Source: an uncultured Gammaproteobacteria bacterium
Lineage (GTDB): Bacteria > Patescibacteriota > Microgenomatia > UBA1406 > GWC2-37-13
DNA: 32,000 bases
Assembly: GCA_964629635.1 (NCBI GenBank)
Contig: CAZVQS010000002.1
Span: forward strand, 43,644-75,643
Reading direction: 5' to 3'
Shown here: piece after piece, positions 22,723 to 31,041 of the stretch
Layout of the letters: every line of letters starts with the position of its first letter
Position numbering within the stretch: position 1 is the first letter of the stretch
Notes under the pieces: model-generated
What the model was told of the DNA's origin: nothing
The model's database searches: none
What the model saw: the letters and a program-made list of their open reading frames with translations, nothing else
Position numbers and translations under genes: made by a program

Positions 22723-24051
22723 ATGCCAAGCCCCAGAAGCGAATTGGTAAAACAACTCGCGGTTCCTCGTATCGATATCGAGAGAGGACTTCCTGAAGTG
22801 CGCGTCATTCATGAACTTTTTTACCGCTACGACCAGTTCCTGGACGGGATGAAACGCGGATTCCCCAACAGTGAACGCTTCTTTGTCGACAACGCGATAT
22901 TCAAGGACGGCACCGCCTGGGTGAAGACGGTCGTTGGAAAAAAAGGGCGGGAGTCCGATCTCAAGGACCTTCCCCGGTACCGGGCGATCGTACCGTTTTG
23001 GTATTCCACCCAGTTCGGCAACGATGCCGAGGTCATGCAGGCTATAAAACAGGTCATTAACTCCCTGACGCATGCGGAGCGGGGACGGCAGCCGCTGGTC
23101 GATGAAGTTGTGGGAGTCGCCCCGTATCTTGAAATGCGTCAGGATAAGGACGGATCCGGAGAGGCGGGAAACCGGGAAGTGGGTGAGGCGATCAACGCCG
23201 AGGTTACGGCCCATGATTTAAGCGGCCTGAAAAAACTGGCGGTGCTCGGGCCCCACAGCTTTGAGGGTGTCCAATATCTTGAAAAGGAAGGAATCGAAGT
23301 GCTGCCCATAACGGCGGCTCCGCTTTTTGCCGAACACCTGAACGAGCACGTGTTCAAGCGTGAAGGGCTTTCCCCGCGGGAACAGAAAAAAAGGATCGAC
23401 CGGGACAATACGCGCATCGTGGCGCTTGACAAAGGCAGTCTGCAGCAGTGCGTCCATCTAGCGGAGCTTCTGGACATGGATCCCGCAGACCGCATCGTCG
23501 CGTTCGACAAAAAACGGAAAGGTCACAATATGGTTGCGGACTCCGCCCTTATCTACGGGGACCCCCAGGATCTGGTCGACCGCGATATCATCATTTACGA
23601 CGACATCATCGACACGTTCGGCTCCATGCAGAAAACCTGCGAAAGCCTCAAGAAGATGTATAAATGCCGCTCCATCACGGTCATGGCCACACACGGCGTT
23701 CTTTCGCATCCGGGGAGGCAGAACATCATCGATGCGCTTGAGCCCAACGGAAACCATGAAAAAGTGATCGACCGGGTCATACTGACCGATTCCCTTCCGC
23801 GGGCCAAATACGGATTCGACAAGCAGAAGGTGAAGGGTTTGTCGGTTCTTAATGTGGCGGAGATGCTTGGCCATCTTGCGCATGTATTTGCCGATTCCTC
23901 AAAGGAAGATATGCTGAAAGAAGAATTCTACCGGCAGTTCATACTGGAACCGATCGATAAGGAAGAGGTGTGGAATCTGTTTAAGCAAAAGCATGCCCGT
24001 CCCGATAAAATTGACTGGTACCACGAGGTTTATGAAGATTTCTCGATCTGA
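22723..24051 (+). CDS. divergent, extended ribose-phosphate pyrophosphokinase (PRPP synthetase)-like protein (442 aa)
   Basis: Aligns by eye with Prs along its length. VVGVAPYLEMRQDKD matches IPYxGYARQDRK. VLGPHS matches LDLH. DKKRKGHN matches the DKRR loop. DIIIYDDIIDTFGS matches the PRPP/ribose-5-P loop, and ATHGVLS matches THxVLS. N- and C-terminal extensions and insertions add about 125 aa. Confidence 0.65.
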   Translation: MPSPRSELVKQLAVPRIDIERGLPEVRVIHELFYRYDQFLDGMKRGFPNSERFFVDNAIFKDGTAWVKTVVGKKGRESDLKDLPRYRAIVPFWYSTQFGNDAEVMQAIKQVINSLTHAERGRQPLVDEVVGVAPYLEMRQDKDGSGEAGNREVGEAINAEVTAHDLSGLKKLAVLGPHSFEGVQYLEKEGIEVLPITAAPLFAEHLNEHVFKREGLSPREQKKRIDRDNTRIVALDKGSLQQCVHLAELLDMDPADRIVAFDKKRKGHNMVADSALIYGDPQDLVDRDIIIYDDIIDTFGSMQKTCESLKKMYKCRSITVMATHGVLSHPGRQNIIDALEPNGNHEKVIDRVILTDSLPRAKYGFDKQKVKGLSVLNVAEMLGHLAHVFADSSKEDMLKEEFYRQFILEPIDKEEVWNLFKQKHARPDKIDWYHEVYEDFSI

Positions 24052-25730
24052 TTGAGTTTTCCCCGAAGAGTCTCCCTGCCGTTCCAGCGGTTGATGTCCA
24101 GGTTAAAGACCGCCCGGAGCTTCTGCCCTTTGGCGATATCCCCGTAGTCGTTCGCTTTGAAGAACGAAATGAACTCCATGGGAAACGAGCTTCCCTGAGC
24201 ATCCTTCACCATCAGGCGCACGTGTTCGTTTTTGCGGCCGAACAGTTTTTTCTCAAGTACCACCACATCGCTCAGGAATAACGGATGCGGATTCCCCATT
24301 CCGAAAGGCGCAAGGGTTTCGATCCTTTTTGCAAGGGGCATGCGCAGCTTGGAAAGGGGAATGAGCATATCCGCCTCGATGACCTTTTCGAGGTCCTCTT
24401 CCCTGAGGAGTTTTTTTGCGGAAGCGGTCACTTTCTTGAGGAACGCCTCCCGCTTATCGTCCTTCAGGGAAAATCCCGCCGCAAGCATATGGCCGCCGAC
24501 GCTTATCAGATATGTGTCAAGCGAACGGAGAAAATCGGTTATGTGGAATTTGTTTACGGAACGGGCGGACCCTTTCCAGAATCCGTCGCTTTTCGTCATG
24601 ACGATCGTGGGACGGGAATATTTTTCGGTGATTTTGGATGCGATAAGGCCGATGATGCCTTCATTCCATTCGGTTGAAGAAAGGGTGATGACGAGAGGAA
24701 GTGTCTGGTCCTTGAGGAGCATTGCCTCAACCATATCCTTGGCCTGTTTCACGGCAATCGTAACAAGGTCCTGCCGGTCCCGGTTTGTGCCTGCCACCCG
24801 GGAGGCAAGGTCATGCGCCTGGCGGTCGTTGTGGGTGCACAGGAGCCTGAGTGCGTCGATCGCATGTTCGAGCCTTCCCACTGCGTTGATGCGGGGGGCG
24901 ATGACGAATCCGATTTCGTAGGGGGTGATTGTCTTGTCCGATATGCCGGCCTCCTTCATGATATGGATAATGCCGCGGCGGCGCAGCGTAGTGAACGCCT
25001 TGAGCCCGTGGTAAACGATCCCGCGCGCCGGCCCGACCAGCGGAACCAGGTCTGCAATAGTCCCGATCGCTGCCAGGCTCAGGTAGTCGCACTCGAAATA
25101 CCCGTTCAGTTTTTCCCGGTTGGCGGGACTTTCGGAGTCGAAGTTTCCGGCAATTTCCTTGGAGAAAAAGTACGATACCGCCGAGCCGGAAAGGGCGGGA
25201 ATATGGAAGATGGCCTCCGCATCTGTCGGGGGATGAGCGGGTTTGAGGTGGTGGTCTGTGACGATAACTTTTATGCCGAGTGATTTTGCGTATGCGATCT
25301 CCTTCGTCCCGCTTATTCCGTGATCGACACTGATGATGAGACCCGGATCATATTCCTTTTTCACCCGGTCGATTCCCTTCACCGAAAAGCCGTACCCTTC
25401 CTGTTTTCGGTGGGGCACATAGGGCATGACTTTGAACCCCAGCAGGTGAAGCGTTTCCCACAGGATGGTGCCTCCGGTGATGCCGTCGGCGTCATAGTCC
25501 GTATATACAACAATCATGCGGCCCGCATCTTTCATTTCACGAAGCACGGCAATAACTGTTTTGATCTCTTTATCGTACTTGAAGTCCTTGAGGGTGATTT
25601 CGCGCGGATGGGGAGGATGCATAAACTGCGCAACGTCCGTTATGTTCCGGTTTCGCAGGATCGTATCAACGATATCCTGGTCCGTAATTTTGTCGTCCGC
25701 CCTGAACTCTTTTTTCCACGTGATTTTCAT
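24030..25730 (-). CDS. recJ: single-stranded-DNA-specific exonuclease RecJ
   Basis: 566 aa. DHH motifs: YTDYDADGITGG, ISVDHG, VTDHH. DHHA1-type GGHMLAAG. C-terminal OB-like region. Confidence 0.9.
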   Translation of the reverse strand: MKITWKKEFRADDKITDQDIVDTILRNRNITDVAQFMHPPHPREITLKDFKYDKEIKTVIAVLREMKDAGRMIVVYTDYDADGITGGTILWETLHLLGFKVMPYVPHRKQEGYGFSVKGIDRVKKEYDPGLIISVDHGISGTKEIAYAKSLGIKVIVTDHHLKPAHPPTDAEAIFHIPALSGSAVSYFFSKEIAGNFDSESPANREKLNGYFECDYLSLAAIGTIADLVPLVGPARGIVYHGLKAFTTLRRRGIIHIMKEAGISDKTITPYEIGFVIAPRINAVGRLEHAIDALRLLCTHNDRQAHDLASRVAGTNRDRQDLVTIAVKQAKDMVEAMLLKDQTLPLVITLSSTEWNEGIIGLIASKITEKYSRPTIVMTKSDGFWKGSARSVNKFHITDFLRSLDTYLISVGGHMLAAGFSLKDDKREAFLKKVTASAKKLLREEDLEKVIEADMLIPLSKLRMPLAKRIETLAPFGMGNPHPLFLSDVVVLEKKLFGRKNEHVRLMVKDAQGSSFPMEFISFFKANDYGDIAKGQKLRAVFNLDINRWNGRETLRGKLNQIEKSS

Positions 25731-25814
25731 GGGTTAATTGTACCGCAAATCCGAAATCAGGTGAGGTGAAGTGCCGTGAATAATCCGTAGCCTGTTTGGT
25801 ATCATATAGGTACC

Positions 25815-26873
25815 ATGTTAGTACCCATAATAACCGCGGTCGTGTTAAGCGTCGCCATAATTTTCATCGTGATCCGTTTTGTCCTGCCCAACGTAACCAA
25901 AAGCATGATCGACCAGTTCCTTGTGATAGCCAAGACGCAGCTTGGCGCGCAGAATGATGACATCGCCAAAGATTATGAAAACAAGAAGCAGGCGATCGAA
26001 GCGCTTATAAAGGAGCTGCGTACCGATCTGGAACGTAACGACGAACGGCTGGTTGGCGCGGAAAAGGAGCGGGTCGGTTCGTTCCGGGAAATCAAAACGG
26101 AGCTTGAGAACCAGCGGAAGTTGACCGAACAGCTGCGTGCGACAACCGACGGCTTGAGCAAAGTCCTTTCAAGCAACCAGATGCGCGGACAGTGGGGGGA
26201 AAAAGTGGCGCAGGATCTTTTGAGCATGAACGGCTTCGTGAAGGGTCTCAATTACGATGCGAACAAGGAGCAGGATACCGGTAAACGGCCGGACTTCACC
26301 ATATACCTGCCGAACAAGGCAAAAATCAACGTGGACGCGAAGTTCCCGTACCAGAACCTGAAACGCATGGCTGAAACGAACGATCCTTCCGCGAAGGTGG
26401 AGTTGAAAAAGCTGTTCGAAAAGGACGTACGGGAGAAAATACGCCAGGTGACGACCCGCGACTACATAAACCCGGAAGACAATACCGTTGACTTCGTGAT
26501 TCTGTTCATTCCGAATGAGATGGTGTTTTCCTTCATATACGAAAGCATGAGCGAGGTATGGGTTGAGGCGATGAAACAGAAAGTGGTGCTGGCCGGGCCT
26601 TTTACGTTCACCGCTATTCTGCGCATGGTAAGCCAGGCATACGAAAACTTCAAGTACCAGAAGAACGTTCAGAAGATCATCGGACACATCCGAGCGTTCA
26701 TGACGGAGTTTGACAGGTTCAACGAAGAGTTCACGAAGATAGGGGAGCGGATAGACTCGCTGTCGCGCCAGTTCAATACGGTCAACACGACGCGCACGAA
26801 CCAGCTGGTCAGGTCGGTGGAGAAAATAAAGCTCGAGGAAACGGATACTGCGCAAACCCCTCTGTTAGACTAA
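25815..26873 (+). CDS. rmuC: DNA recombination protein RmuC
   Basis: N-terminal TM segment, coiled-coil region, and the RmuC core QWGEKVAQDLL...RPDFTIYLPNKAKINVDAKFP. Confidence 0.85.
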   Translation: MLVPIITAVVLSVAIIFIVIRFVLPNVTKSMIDQFLVIAKTQLGAQNDDIAKDYENKKQAIEALIKELRTDLERNDERLVGAEKERVGSFREIKTELENQRKLTEQLRATTDGLSKVLSSNQMRGQWGEKVAQDLLSMNGFVKGLNYDANKEQDTGKRPDFTIYLPNKAKINVDAKFPYQNLKRMAETNDPSAKVELKKLFEKDVREKIRQVTTRDYINPEDNTVDFVILFIPNEMVFSFIYESMSEVWVEAMKQKVVLAGPFTFTAILRMVSQAYENFKYQKNVQKIIGHIRAFMTEFDRFNEEFTKIGERIDSLSRQFNTVNTTRTNQLVRSVEKIKLEETDTAQTPLLD

Positions 26874-27812
26874 GCCTCCGCCCTTGAATATTTTGGGCTT
26901 GAGCCAATCCTGGGCGTTCGGTGCTCCTTCTTTCGACTGAGAAGTCGTTGCGCGTTCAACCGTATCGACCGTCCCCTGGGATTTGTGTTCAAATGAGGTC
27001 TGGCTCGTCGGGTTGCCCGGTTTCGGCGCGTTGATCGCGGGCATGCGGGGTTGCGTTGCGGCATTTGTTTTGGCGAGTTTTTTGACCGCTCCCGCCTTCA
27101 GGAGGGCCGCGACCGTTTCGAACGTTTCCGCATTCACCGAATAGGCGGTGAAGTTGTTGGTGGCGGCAGCGATTCCCGCATACAGATTGGTCGCGATATC
27201 CTTGTCCAGTTCAACCTGCAGAGCCTGAAGCGTTTTGAGCGCAAGCTCTGAGGTGGACGATGACGTTTTGTTCACGAAATTGATGGTGCCGTAGAAGGCG
27301 TTGGTCAGATGGCGGTCGATATTGATGATGTTCTTGCTCTGGAACTGGGTCTGGTTTTCCGTGTACAGAGCGCCGATATTGTTGAGGTTCGGGACATCCA
27401 CGGCAATGATGAAATCAAACGATCCGCCGGTATAGGAAAAGTTCACCTGGTTCGGATTAAGCTTCGGAAAGCCGGGACGGGGAGTGATGGTCAGGTTGAA
27501 AAACTGTCCCTGGATGTTGTAGTCGATTTTGTCGATCGAGCCGTCGGTATAGGGAAACGAAACGACGAGGTTGTCTCCGCCGACCGACAGGTTGGCCTGT
27601 ACCTTGTCCGCGCCCATAAGATCGCTGTTTAACGGCGATGAGCAGACAAGATTAACCGTTTTTCCGAGTTTCACGAGTCCGAGGTAGAGTGAGGTAGCCG
27701 AGGCTATAGCGTCGACGGTAGGATTCTGGGGAAGCACAATGATGCCCGTCGTGCCTTTGTTAACGGTTTCCACGATACGCGATGTGGTTTGGCTGTTGTT
27801 ATTAGGAAACAT
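26865..27812 (-). CDS. DHH-family (NrnA-like) protein with degenerate catalytic motifs and no DHHA1 domain
   Basis: Collinear with the NrnA DHH domain, but IIVLPQNPTVDAIAS replaces HxxPDxDAxGS, IDRH replaces IDHH, and AATNNF replaces GDTGRF. The C-terminus is a low-complexity tail ending in GGGLV. Confidence 0.6.
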   Translation of the reverse strand: MFPNNNSQTTSRIVETVNKGTTGIIVLPQNPTVDAIASATSLYLGLVKLGKTVNLVCSSPLNSDLMGADKVQANLSVGGDNLVVSFPYTDGSIDKIDYNIQGQFFNLTITPRPGFPKLNPNQVNFSYTGGSFDFIIAVDVPNLNNIGALYTENQTQFQSKNIINIDRHLTNAFYGTINFVNKTSSSTSELALKTLQALQVELDKDIATNLYAGIAAATNNFTAYSVNAETFETVAALLKAGAVKKLAKTNAATQPRMPAINAPKPGNPTSQTSFEHKSQGTVDTVERATTSQSKEGAPNAQDWLKPKIFKGGGLV

Positions 27813-27813
27813 A

Positions 27814-29268
27814 TTATAGGATACATTTTACCACATCACCTACTCGAATGTCAAGGGGAGGAGAGAAAATCATACCTGATTCTTGGTCCTTTTTGACCTC
27901 CTGAACCTTCTTTGCCCTGACCTGGAGCGATACGAGGCGGGTTTTTCCTATAAGATTATTGCTTCGATACAATTGCAGGCTGTCACCAGCATTGATTTTC
28001 CCCTTGAGGATCTTCATGCCGAATACGCGTTCTCCCTCAATCTGGAACGAGGCTACCACCTTTGCTTCACCCTTCAGGCTCTTTTCCTGTTCTTCCTTTT
28101 CCTGAAGCAGGTCCGCAACCTCATTAAGCTCGTCAAGAAGTTCGTAAATAATGCCGTAGGTCTTAATGATCACTTTTTCCTGCTTCGCCAGGTCCTTGGT
28201 CTCCGGATCGGGTTTCACGTTGAAACCGATGACGATAGCCTTGCTTGTTTTAGCGAGGAAAATATCGGACTTATGGATGTCGCCGACTGCGCTCAAAAGG
28301 ATATCCACGTTCGTGTTGCGCATGAGTGCGGCGTTGATGGCCTCAAGGGAGCCTTGGGAATCGGACTTGATGACGAGCGCAAGCTTCTTTTCCACTTTCG
28401 GCGCCGCAAGGATGGACGCAAGGTCAAACTTGCCTTTCTGGTCCTGGTTGACGGGAGCGGCGGCGGCCTGAGCCTGCACCGGTTCGTTTGCGATGATCGA
28501 GCCCACTTCCGGAGTCTGCTCGAATCCGAGCAGTTCAAACGGGGTTGAGGGTGATACGGTTTTCAGCTGGATGCCAAGATCGCTGATCATGGAGCGGATA
28601 CGGGCTTTTTTGTCCTGTGCGTACACGGTGTCGCCTACCTTCAGGGTGCCGTTTTTGAGGATTACGCTCAAAACGATACCGCGCCGGTCTTTTTTGGTTT
28701 CGATGATGTATGCCTGGGGAGCGGCTTTCGGATCATATTTGAGTTTCTTGTCGGATGCGACAAAAAGAATGGTTTCGAGTAGATCGGGGACCCCTTTTCC
28801 GGTTTTGGCCGATATGGGCACGACCGGTACGTTCCCGCCTTTTCCTTCGACCATCACTTCATGCTTGAGCAAGTCGTTTTTCACTTTTTCCGGGTTCACG
28901 TCGGGCAGGTCCATCTTGTTGAGGACTACGATGAAGGGAACTCCCGCAGCTTTGATATGGGAGATGGACTCAACCGTCTGGGGCATGAGCGAGTCATGCA
29001 CGTCGACGATGAGGAGCGCCACGTCCGCGACATGCGCGCCGCGTGCGCGAAGCAGGGAAAACGCTTCGTGTCCGGGGGTATCGATGAAGGTGATGCGGTC
29101 CGTATCGTATCCCTTGATCTTGGTTGCCACTTCGTAAGCGCCTATTTTCTGGGTGATGCCGCCGTGTTCGCCACTGGCGATGCGCGACTTCCTGATGAAG
29201 TCAAGGAGCGTGGTTTTGCCATGGTCAACATGGCCTAATATGGCGACAACAGGCGGTCGTGGCTGCAT
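27814..29268 (-). CDS. infB: translation initiation factor IF-2, minimal form beginning at the G domain
   Basis: 484 aa. Starts MQPRPPVVAILGHVDHGKTTLLD and continues with DTPGHEAF and NKMD. Only 36 nt separate it from the nusA stop. Confidence 0.9.
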   Translation of the reverse strand: MQPRPPVVAILGHVDHGKTTLLDFIRKSRIASGEHGGITQKIGAYEVATKIKGYDTDRITFIDTPGHEAFSLLRARGAHVADVALLIVDVHDSLMPQTVESISHIKAAGVPFIVVLNKMDLPDVNPEKVKNDLLKHEVMVEGKGGNVPVVPISAKTGKGVPDLLETILFVASDKKLKYDPKAAPQAYIIETKKDRRGIVLSVILKNGTLKVGDTVYAQDKKARIRSMISDLGIQLKTVSPSTPFELLGFEQTPEVGSIIANEPVQAQAAAAPVNQDQKGKFDLASILAAPKVEKKLALVIKSDSQGSLEAINAALMRNTNVDILLSAVGDIHKSDIFLAKTSKAIVIGFNVKPDPETKDLAKQEKVIIKTYGIIYELLDELNEVADLLQEKEEQEKSLKGEAKVVASFQIEGERVFGMKILKGKINAGDSLQLYRSNNLIGKTRLVSLQVRAKKVQEVKKDQESGMIFSPPLDIRVGDVVKCIL

Positions 29269-29304
29269 AGACTAAAAAATAAACTTATCCCCAAGCCGCA
29301 CGCG

Positions 29305-30306
29305 TTATGCCTGCGGTTTGGTTTCAACGGGGTTCTCTTTCGTTTCGGGGGTTGAAGATTTGGTCTGTACTATATCGAGCGTATAGCCGGTAAGCCTTGA
29401 GGCCAAATTCACATTGACGCCGCTTTTGCCGATTGCGAGGGGCGCCTGTGATTCATCAACCGTGATTTTCGCTTTTTTCTCTTCGCGGTTGAGTTCGACG
29501 TCGGTTACCTTGGCAGGGGAAAGGGCTGCGATAATGAACAGTTTGTCGTCCTTGTTCCATTGGATGATGTCGATTTTCTCCTTGCCGTCGAATTCATCCG
29601 TCACCGTCTGGACGCGCACGCCTTTCTGTCCGACGCATGCGCCGACCGGATCAACCGATCCGTGCGTGCTCGCGACCGCGATTTTCGCGCGTTCACCGGG
29701 CTCGCGGACCGTGATTTTGATTTCGACCGCGCCATTTCCGATTTCAGGCACTTCTTTCTTGAAAAGCTCATCGATGAGGCGGGGATCGGTGCGCGATACG
29801 ATGATGCGCGGGTTACCGAATTTGTCGTCTGCGATTTCCTTGAGATATACGGTGTAGGAGTTGTTTACGGAATAGTTTTCGCCCCTGATCTGCTCTTCGC
29901 GGGGAAGGAGCGCTTCGGCTTTGCCGATGTCAAGGTGGGCGTTGAAACCGTCATAGCGGATGACGCGGCCCCGCATGGCCGTGCCGACCTGGCCTTTGTA
30001 ATGGCTGATTACCGTGCGTTTTTCCGCTTCGCGGATTTTCTGCAGTATGACCTGTTTTGCGGTTTGGGCCGCAATCCTGCCGAATCCGGGGGGAGTGATA
30101 TCCTTGTCTTCCTTGAAAATCTTGGACTCGCCCGTTTCACGGTTCAGCTTCGCGGTAAGCACTTCCTCCTCCTTGCCGGGGTACTCTTTCTTGTATGCGG
30201 CAACGAGAGCCATTTCAATTGAGGCGATAACCTCATCCGGAGATATGCCCCGTTCTCCCGCAACCTGATTGAGCGCTAAAGCGAATTCGGTCTTGATAAT
30301 TGTCAT
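29305..30306 (-). CDS. nusA: transcription termination/antitermination factor NusA (S1 plus two KH domains, no C-terminal AR repeats)
   Basis: 333 aa. NusA N-terminal domain, S1-like region (GTAMRGRVIRYDGFNAHLDIG), and KH regions (ACVGQKGVRVQ, AIGKSGVNV). Confidence 0.9.
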   Translation of the reverse strand: MTIIKTEFALALNQVAGERGISPDEVIASIEMALVAAYKKEYPGKEEEVLTAKLNRETGESKIFKEDKDITPPGFGRIAAQTAKQVILQKIREAEKRTVISHYKGQVGTAMRGRVIRYDGFNAHLDIGKAEALLPREEQIRGENYSVNNSYTVYLKEIADDKFGNPRIIVSRTDPRLIDELFKKEVPEIGNGAVEIKITVREPGERAKIAVASTHGSVDPVGACVGQKGVRVQTVTDEFDGKEKIDIIQWNKDDKLFIIAALSPAKVTDVELNREEKKAKITVDESQAPLAIGKSGVNVNLASRLTGYTLDIVQTKSSTPETKENPVETKPQA

Positions 30307-30326
30307 ATGAGCTTATAAATTTTTGA

Positions 30327-31040
30327 TCATTCCTTTGCCTTTTCGGCAGCGGGAGCTTCCTTAGCTTTTTCCGTACCGGCTTCCGCCGCACCGTCCTCGC
30401 CCTCAGGCTTGGCCGTGATCACCTCGGGAGCTGCCGCAGCCGTCGTTTCGGCGACCAGGCTTTCCTCCTTGTGTGCGGTCACGGACACGATCACCTTCTC
30501 GGGATCGGTGGTTACGGTGTATTTGCCAGATTTCGGAAGGGCGGAAACCTTGATGTCCTCTCCCAGTTCCTTGATGACGGAAATATCCACCTCGATTGAA
30601 GCCGGAATGTCCTGGGGAAGCGCTTCAACCTCAAGATGCGCGGACTGGGTCAATAGGACGCCGCCTTTCTGAGCGACAGCCTCGGAAACGCCCACAAGCG
30701 CAACCGGTACTTCCGTTACGATTTTCTTGGTGAGGTCGATCTTTCTGAAGTCGACATGCAGGACACTGGAATCCAGCGGATGCCGCTGGATGTGTTTGAC
30801 AAGCGCAGGGATTTCCTTTTCACCGAGCTTGAGGTATACGATTCCGGTTTCATGCACGATCTTGTAGACATGCGTAAATTCAGGATATTTGACCGTAATG
30901 GCCTGGGACTTGAAGTCGGTTCCGAATACGTTTGCGGGAAGGGAACCTTCTCTCCTCATTTTCTTAACTTTCTTTCCGAATACGGTACGTTCCGTGACGG
31001 GAAGCGTTACCTGGGCGGTCTTTTTTTCCTGTTTTTTCAT
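30327..31040 (-). CDS. rplY: 50S ribosomal protein L25, long Ctc form with an Ala/Glu/Lys-rich tail
   Basis: 237 aa. The L25/Ctc pattern includes RREGSLPANVFG and QRHPLDSSVLHVDF. Confidence 0.85.
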   Translation of the reverse strand: MKKQEKKTAQVTLPVTERTVFGKKVKKMRREGSLPANVFGTDFKSQAITVKYPEFTHVYKIVHETGIVYLKLGEKEIPALVKHIQRHPLDSSVLHVDFRKIDLTKKIVTEVPVALVGVSEAVAQKGGVLLTQSAHLEVEALPQDIPASIEVDISVIKELGEDIKVSALPKSGKYTVTTDPEKVIVSVTAHKEESLVAETTAAAAPEVITAKPEGEDGAAEAGTEKAKEAPAAEKAKE

Positions 31041-31041
31041 A

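Noticed and set aside
22723-24051. PRTase-domain protein as an anti-phage defence effector paired with the orphan ORF
   Set aside because: The protein is collinear with full-length PRPP synthetase (both halves), not a lone effector PRTase domain. It also has its own housekeeping-style promoter. No other defence-type domains (reverse transcriptase, nuclease, ATPase, TIR, and so on) are nearby.
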